Shown here: positions 59,156 through 64,000 of the stretch, piece after piece | Layout: the number at the start of each line of letters is the position of its first letter | Numbering within the stretch: position 1 is the stretch's first letter | DNA from: an uncultured Planctomycetota bacterium | Lineage (GTDB): Bacteria; Planctomycetota; Brocadiia; CAIUPP01 | Length of the DNA stretch: 64,000 bases | Assembly (NCBI GenBank): GCA_903901045.1 | Contig: CAIUPP010000021.1 | Location: 104,491-168,490, forward strand | Reading direction: 5' to 3' | Notes under the pieces: generated by a model | What the model saw: only the letters and a program-made list of their open reading frames with translations | Database searches by the model: none | Told to the model about the DNA's origin: nothing | Program-made: the position numbers and the translations under genes

Positions 59156-60448
59156 TCACTGCGCGTTCACGTCAACTCCACTTGCGACGTCAAACTGATG
59201 CCAGACAAGGACGTTGGACTTGTAGTTGTCACCGTCGCTGACGGGGTTGGCGAATTTCCAGTCGAAAATTCCGCAGTATTGCAGAGAACCCGCCCACTCC
59301 TGGTTCACGGCCTTGTTGGCTACGTCACTCTTGGATACCCACCACATGATCTGGAGCTGGGGATCGCCGTACCACCGGGCGCTCCAGTCGCCGTAGAGCA
59401 CATTGTATCCGTCGCCATGGCCGAAAAGGGCGTTGCCGGGATAGGGGCCGCCGGGCGTTTCCACATTACTCACCTTGTTTCCCCAGTCGGACCCCTTGGA
59501 GAAACTGTCGGTCACCAGCGCCCTGCTGCCGAGTTGCTTCTGTGTCTTGAAGATCGGCTCGCCCGGGAAGACAACCTTGACCGGGCTGACGTACCGCACT
59601 TGAATGCCCGCGGCCCGCTTGGCGGGCGTTTCGATCTTGTAGGCGTTGCTGATGGCAACGTCCGCCGGGACGTTGCGATAGTTGTAGTTGCCCTGGACCA
59701 CGAGATAATACATGCTCATGCCGGAGGCCAGATCAAACTTATGAGTGGCCTGTCTGGTGCTGCCCCAGGTCCACGTCCCGGACATCGCCGACTTCGCGTT
59801 GAATGGCCCCGCGCGCTTCAACTGCTGCAACGAGTATACGATACCGTCGGCGTCGGTGAAGGCCGTGTTGGCGCGAGGGCCCCGGAGCCCTGGCATGTTG
59901 CCGCCTGCTGAAGGACAGAAGAACATCCGCGTGTCATCCATGTAGCCGCAGCTTGCCAGGTAGCCCAGGCCGACCGGCGCGGCATTGAGCTGGCCGTTCG
60001 CCCTGACCGTGATGCCGGCGCTGTTGGTTCCTGCAAGGGTGGTGTCGGTGCAGCCCATGAAGAGGGTCTGAAACGCCCAGGTTGCCAGGCTATACCCGCT
60101 GACCCCGGCATCTACGTTGCCCACCCGGACTGACTGGCCGGTAGAGTCCGTGTACAGGCTGGCATCCGTCGCTGTCCAGTTGGCGGTGCCGCTTGCCGGA
60201 GTCGCATTCCCGCCGCCGTAGGCGCCCCAGGAGGGGAAGTACTGGCCGTAGTCGCTGCAGTAACTCTCCAGCGCCTTGCTCATCTGGTTGAACTGGCCCA
60301 GGCAGGCCGAACGCCGCGCCTTCTCCCTGGCCGCCGCAAGCGCCGGCAGAAGCATTCCGGCCAGAATGGCAATGATGGCGATAACGACTAGCAGCTCGAT
60401 GAGCGTGAACGCGCCCAGGATGGTCAACCGTCTACAAAAGCTCAACAT
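59156..60448 (-). CDS. DUF1559 / H-X9-DG-like prepilin-type protein (paralog 3)
   Basis: RBS GAGGAGGAAG 5 nt upstream. N-terminus [33 protein letters not shown] and C-terminus [28 protein letters not shown]. Confidence 0.85.
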   Translation of the reverse strand: MLSFCRRLTILGAFTLIELLVVIAIIAILAGMLLPALAAAREKARRSACLGQFNQMSKALESYCSDYGQYFPSWGAYGGGNATPASGTANWTATDASLYTDSTGQSVRVGNVDAGVSGYSLATWAFQTLFMGCTDTTLAGTNSAGITVRANGQLNAAPVGLGYLASCGYMDDTRMFFCPSAGGNMPGLRGPRANTAFTDADGIVYSLQQLKRAGPFNAKSAMSGTWTWGSTRQATHKFDLASGMSMYYLVVQGNYNYRNVPADVAISNAYKIETPAKRAAGIQVRYVSPVKVVFPGEPIFKTQKQLGSRALVTDSFSKGSDWGNKVSNVETPGGPYPGNALFGHGDGYNVLYGDWSARWYGDPQLQIMWWVSKSDVANKAVNQEWAGSLQYCGIFDWKFANPVSDGDNYKSNVLVWHQFDVASGVDVNAQ

Positions 60449-60493
60449 GACTTCCTCCTCTCTCCGTCAAAAAGCGCGCCTGTTCGGATGCCC

Positions 60494-61597
60494 TCATGCA
60501 CCCGGAACCGTTGCGGCCGTGGCCGCGTGCGCGCAGGTATTACCCGGCATCAACTCTGGGGCGACCAGGACGCGCCCCGGGTTCCGCCCCGTGGCGGCAA
60601 TCCCAAGCAGCTCCTTGACCGCCCGGTGTGCGATGGCTTGCCACGCGTTGTCCACGCGGCTGATCACGCGGTTTTCCATCTGAGCATGCTCGGCGCTGCA
60701 CAAAGCAAGCACGGAGCAATCCTGCGGCACGCGGATGCCCGCGCGTTCGAGCGCCGATACGGCCGGGCGGCCCATGGCCCCCGGGCCGGCAAACACGGCC
60801 GTCGGCCACCCCTCGGGAGCGCCCGAGAAGAATTCCGGAATCAAGTCCGCAATGGCCTTTTCACAGGCTTCATGCGCCAAACCGTGTAAGGGGTGTGAGC
60901 GCACGGTCATATCTTCCATGCCCGTCAGCGGCCACGGCTCCAGCGCCGCGCGCCCCTCGTTCCAGAAGATGCGCGGGAGAAGCAGGACGCGCCGATGCCC
61001 CAGCCCGTAGACATAACGCATCCCGGTCTCATAGGCCGCGCGCAGATCGCGGTCCACGAAGTTCGGCATGCCGACGTCGTAATAGATGGCCACCGAAGGG
61101 GCCCGTGCCGTGAGGATGCTGCTGACCCAGCGCAGCAGCGGGGAGGAAGCGCGCTCGACAAAATGGAATAGAAAGCCGACGCGCTTGTTGAGGAACTTCT
61201 GCGGATCGTCCCGTTCTGTCGCCGTGATGAACAGGAGTCCATGTTCGCTGCAAGCGCGCTTGGTTCCAGCCATAATATCCATCAGCGTGCCCTGCTGGCG
61301 CTCCGCAGTGGCTTCCAACTGTGTAGCAAGGTTGGATTCCTCCGTCACGAGCACAATGGCGTCGAGCGGGCAGTCGTTGGCGGGGAACGTGCCCACCCCG
61401 TGAAGGATGCGGACGCGGCCGTTGGACGCAAGGTGCCGCACAGCGCGGTGGACAGTCATGGGGGCGACTTGATGGGTTCCGGCGAGATCGCGGATCGAGG
61501 GAATAGCCTGTTCGGGGGGGTATTCGCCCGAAAGGATTCGGGCTTCAATATCCTCGGCAAGCCGTTTGAATAGCTGCTGGTCTTTCCGGCCCTTCAT
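60494..61597 (-). CDS. AraR-subfamily GntR regulator (GntR HTH + PBP-like domain), third copy
   Basis: HTH IPSIRDLAGTHQVAPMTVHRAVRHLASNGRV and C-terminal PBP-like domain. Start set at MKGRK, because the longer ORF start lies upstream of the promoter's -35 hexamer. Confidence 0.7.
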   Translation of the reverse strand: MKGRKDQQLFKRLAEDIEARILSGEYPPEQAIPSIRDLAGTHQVAPMTVHRAVRHLASNGRVRILHGVGTFPANDCPLDAIVLVTEESNLATQLEATAERQQGTLMDIMAGTKRACSEHGLLFITATERDDPQKFLNKRVGFLFHFVERASSPLLRWVSSILTARAPSVAIYYDVGMPNFVDRDLRAAYETGMRYVYGLGHRRVLLLPRIFWNEGRAALEPWPLTGMEDMTVRSHPLHGLAHEACEKAIADLIPEFFSGAPEGWPTAVFAGPGAMGRPAVSALERAGIRVPQDCSVLALCSAEHAQMENRVISRVDNAWQAIAHRAVKELLGIAATGRNPGRVLVAPELMPGNTCAHAATAATVPGA

Positions 61598-61629
61598 GCC
61601 AACCTCGCATAAGGTACACTTGCAACGTA

Positions 61630-61659
61630 CAGTGTATAACAGTATTCTATGTTTGTCAA
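61630..61659 (-). promoter_or_regulatory. sigma70-like promoter on minus strand: TTGACA-17nt-TACACT, with TACACT/AGTGTA inverted repeat over the -10/TSS
   Basis: On the minus strand it reads cccTTGACAaacatagaatactgttaTACACTgtacgttgcaaGTGTAcc (coordinates ±2 nt). Confidence 0.45.
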
Positions 61660-61765
61660 GGGCCATATTTTTGAGAATTTGTTGCGACCGCAGTTCGCAC
61701 CCGGTACCATGCGCAGTGGGCTGATCGGCTCAATGCGGAAGAGGCTGTCCTGAAAAGGAGACACC

Positions 61766-62890
61766 ATGAAGTTGCTCGTCGGCCACGACGGTTCCTGTCC
61801 GAATAGCCCCGGGGGTGTCCGGCGCAAGAGCGACGGTGAATGGGTGATTTTTCCCATGTGGCGCAAGAACAAGGGGAAATCGAAGGATGTGCCGGGCAAT
61901 CGTTTCAACGTCCGCGTGCGTAACGAAGAAAGCCGGCCGCGCCATCTGACCTTGCGCGCCGACTGGGGCGCCGCCGCCACTTCCACCATGCACTTTCGTG
62001 ACGTCGGCTACGTGAAGCATGAATCGGAGGCGGACTGGACTCTGGTCATCCCTGAACTCACCGGTCACGTGTGCACGTACTCCGTGACGGTGCAGCCCGG
62101 AGAGACGGAGATCGGTCTCTGGCCTGCCTACAACACGGAGGACTGCCGCCGGTTTGTCTCGTCGCTGGCTGAATCTCCCGGCGTGCGGACCCGCGTGGCC
62201 GGTCGGAGCCGGAAAGGACGGGAGATATTCCTCGTGGAGATCAACGGACCCGGCGCCCCCGCCAAACGCGAACAACTGGTCATTCAGGCGCGCGACCACG
62301 CCTACGAGACGGCGGGCAGTTACTGCGCCGAGGGCATGGCGCGATTTCTGCTTTCGGAAGACCCTGCAGCCCGATACTTCCTTCAACGGTTTCGCGTCGC
62401 CCTCCTGCCGATGACCAATCCCGACGGCGTGTACGATGGGATGAGCCGCCTCAGCGCGCCGTGCGGCGCCAACCTGAGTTGTCCCGTCGAGCAGGATGAC
62501 GAATCCTGGCGCACGCTCAAGCGCGTCCTGGATCGTCTGCGTCCCGCTGTTTACATCAACCTCCACAACTGGACCTACAAATGGCATGACGGCCTCCTGG
62601 GTGACAACGAGACGCTTACGGAACACATCCGCGAACGCATGCCCTCGCAGGGGCGTTTCCTGAAACGATGGCGCGTGCGCTCGCAGGCCGACTTGCTCAA
62701 GGCCTCCGGCCTTGCTTCCGTGACGCCGGAGCAGCGGACCTGGAAGAACTACCTGGCTGAGAAGTTCCATACGGAGGGGGTTGCGTTCGAATTCCCCTGG
62801 TTTGGACGCAATACGGCCGACATGCGCGAAACGGGGCGGCAGGCGCTCCTGGCCACGCTGGCGGGTTATCTTCAGATGCGCGATGACTGA
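61766..62890 (+). CDS. M14 family zinc carboxypeptidase-like protein
   Basis: RBS AAGGAG 6 nt upstream. The HAYETAG motif (HxxE zinc ligands) and a later NLHNW histidine are consistent with Peptidase_M14. Confidence 0.65.
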   Translation: MKLLVGHDGSCPNSPGGVRRKSDGEWVIFPMWRKNKGKSKDVPGNRFNVRVRNEESRPRHLTLRADWGAAATSTMHFRDVGYVKHESEADWTLVIPELTGHVCTYSVTVQPGETEIGLWPAYNTEDCRRFVSSLAESPGVRTRVAGRSRKGREIFLVEINGPGAPAKREQLVIQARDHAYETAGSYCAEGMARFLLSEDPAARYFLQRFRVALLPMTNPDGVYDGMSRLSAPCGANLSCPVEQDDESWRTLKRVLDRLRPAVYINLHNWTYKWHDGLLGDNETLTEHIRERMPSQGRFLKRWRVRSQADLLKASGLASVTPEQRTWKNYLAEKFHTEGVAFEFPWFGRNTADMRETGRQALLATLAGYLQMRDD

Positions 62891-62910
62891 ATGAGAAGGT
62901 GAGTGAGGGA

Positions 62911-63792
62911 ATGGTCTCGGGTTACCTGCTGGCGTGCATCACGATTCTGGTATGGGGACTGGTCGTCATCCCGGTGAAGGCCACGCGCACCCCCGGCCAC
63001 CTGGGCATTGCCATCAGCATGCCCGCGGGGGTGCTCGGGCTCATCGTTGCCGCGTTGCTCTTCCACACGCCGATGCCGAAGCTGGACGAGATGGTTTCCC
63101 TGCGCGGACTGCTCCTGGTGCTCTCCGGGATATTCCAGTTCCCGCTCGGCACAATTTTGTACTACGAAGCGATCCGATGCTCCGACGTATCCGAAGCCGT
63201 TCCCGTGACGCGCCTCAAGACGATCTTCGTCGTCGCGCTGGCCGCGCTGCTGGCGATCGATCAGGTCACCTGGCTGCTGGTCGCCGCTTGTCTCGTAGGA
63301 ATTGCCGGGGCGTTCATCCTGGTCCGCCCGTCCGCCGCGCCGGAGGGGCAACCGCGACCTCCGCTGGCCCGGGGCATTCTCTTCGCGCTGCTCGCGGCGG
63401 TGTCATGGGCACTGGGCGACGTCTTCATGCGGCTGGTGCTGGACCATTTTGCCCCCGCCGCGGCCACCTTGCTTTCGCTGGTCTGCGGGGCCGCCGTCTA
63501 TCTGGTCATCCTGGGGATCAAAGGGTTGCTGCCTCAAGTTCTCCGCATGCCCCGGCGCGACAAGTGGCTCTACGCCACTCACGGGATTCTGAGCTTCGCC
63601 ATCGGCTACCTGACGTTCTACGCCGCCATGCAGCAGATCGGCGTGGTCGCCGCCTCGATCCTCACCAGCACGTGGCCCGCCATCTCATTTGTCGTCGGCC
63701 TGGCGCTGTATCGCGAGTCGATCTCGCTGAGAAAGATCATCGGTTTCTCCCTGCTGATGGGGAGCGTCTTTCTCCTGGTGGCCGGCCGCTGA
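62911..63792 (+). CDS. EamA/DMT superfamily transporter (10 TM)
   Basis: Two EamA-like repeats with multiple hydrophobic helices. ATG at 62911 after AGGTGA. Confidence 0.8.
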   Translation: MVSGYLLACITILVWGLVVIPVKATRTPGHLGIAISMPAGVLGLIVAALLFHTPMPKLDEMVSLRGLLLVLSGIFQFPLGTILYYEAIRCSDVSEAVPVTRLKTIFVVALAALLAIDQVTWLLVAACLVGIAGAFILVRPSAAPEGQPRPPLARGILFALLAAVSWALGDVFMRLVLDHFAPAAATLLSLVCGAAVYLVILGIKGLLPQVLRMPRRDKWLYATHGILSFAIGYLTFYAAMQQIGVVAASILTSTWPAISFVVGLALYRESISLRKIIGFSLLMGSVFLLVAGR

Positions 63793-63804
63793 GATCGGCG
63801 CGCT

Positions 63805-64000
63805 CACGCGTCGTACTTGTACAGGACCGATGCCAGAACGGCCATGCCGCCCATGTAGGCTTCGCGGTACGTCCTGGCGGTGTACGAGACGGTGCGCGCC
63901 CCTTCGCGCTTCGTGCCCGGGATCAGGGCGTAGTCGTCGGCGATCCTGGCGTACAGGAATTCGGTGGTGAAGGTCACCGGTTCGTCGAAACGGATCGGCC
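63805..64000 (-). CDS. C-terminal fragment of an unidentified protein (3' end only; gene continues beyond window)
   Basis: An open frame on the minus strand ends with …ASVLYKYDA and stop TGA (complement of 63805-63807). It runs to the window edge with no stop. Confidence 0.35.

Noticed and set aside
61598-61666. N-terminal extension MALDKHRILLYTVRCKCTLCEVG of the third GntR regulator
   Set aside because: Its ATG lies just upstream of the TTGACA -35 hexamer of the best promoter candidate, and the extension is Cys/Leu-rich with no HTH contribution. The start at MKGRK is more plausible.

Overview
This is a high-GC bacterial chromosomal segment (no tRNA or rRNA genes), almost entirely coding for a very large carbohydrate-utilisation locus. 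The gene content points to the Planctomycetota/Verrucomicrobiota/Lentisphaerota/Kiritimatiellota (PVC) superphylum. I found no CRISPR, transposase, integrase or phage genes.

Main content:
- Three paralogous modules, each consisting of an AraR-type regulator (GntR HTH fused to a LacI-like sugar-binding domain), then a prepilin-like DUF1559 protein, then secreted carbohydrate-active enzymes: LamG/F5-8C proteins, a GH95-like six-hairpin hydrolase, a heparinase II/III-like lyase, tandem beta-helix proteins, an SGNH esterase and L-rhamnose mutarotase.
- At least nine uroporphyrinogen-decarboxylase (URO-D/MtaA) family paralogs (one of them frameshifted), repeatedly paired with Gfo/Idh/MocA oxidoreductases. 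This is the most unusual feature of the window.
- A DeoR-regulated operon encoding a class-III aminotransferase, a DhnA-type class I aldolase, an amidohydrolase_2, an AraA/FucI-like isomerase and an FGGY kinase.
- A circularly permuted single-chain dihydropyrimidine-dehydrogenase-like flavo-FeS enzyme.
- Several AT-rich sigma70-like promoters, each built on TTGACAA at -35, in front of the regulator genes.
- One strong intrinsic terminator and one multi-stem RNA leader.

The very long ORFs opposite the real genes are GC-driven shadow frames. Coordinates for motifs I located by hand may be off by 1-2 nt.
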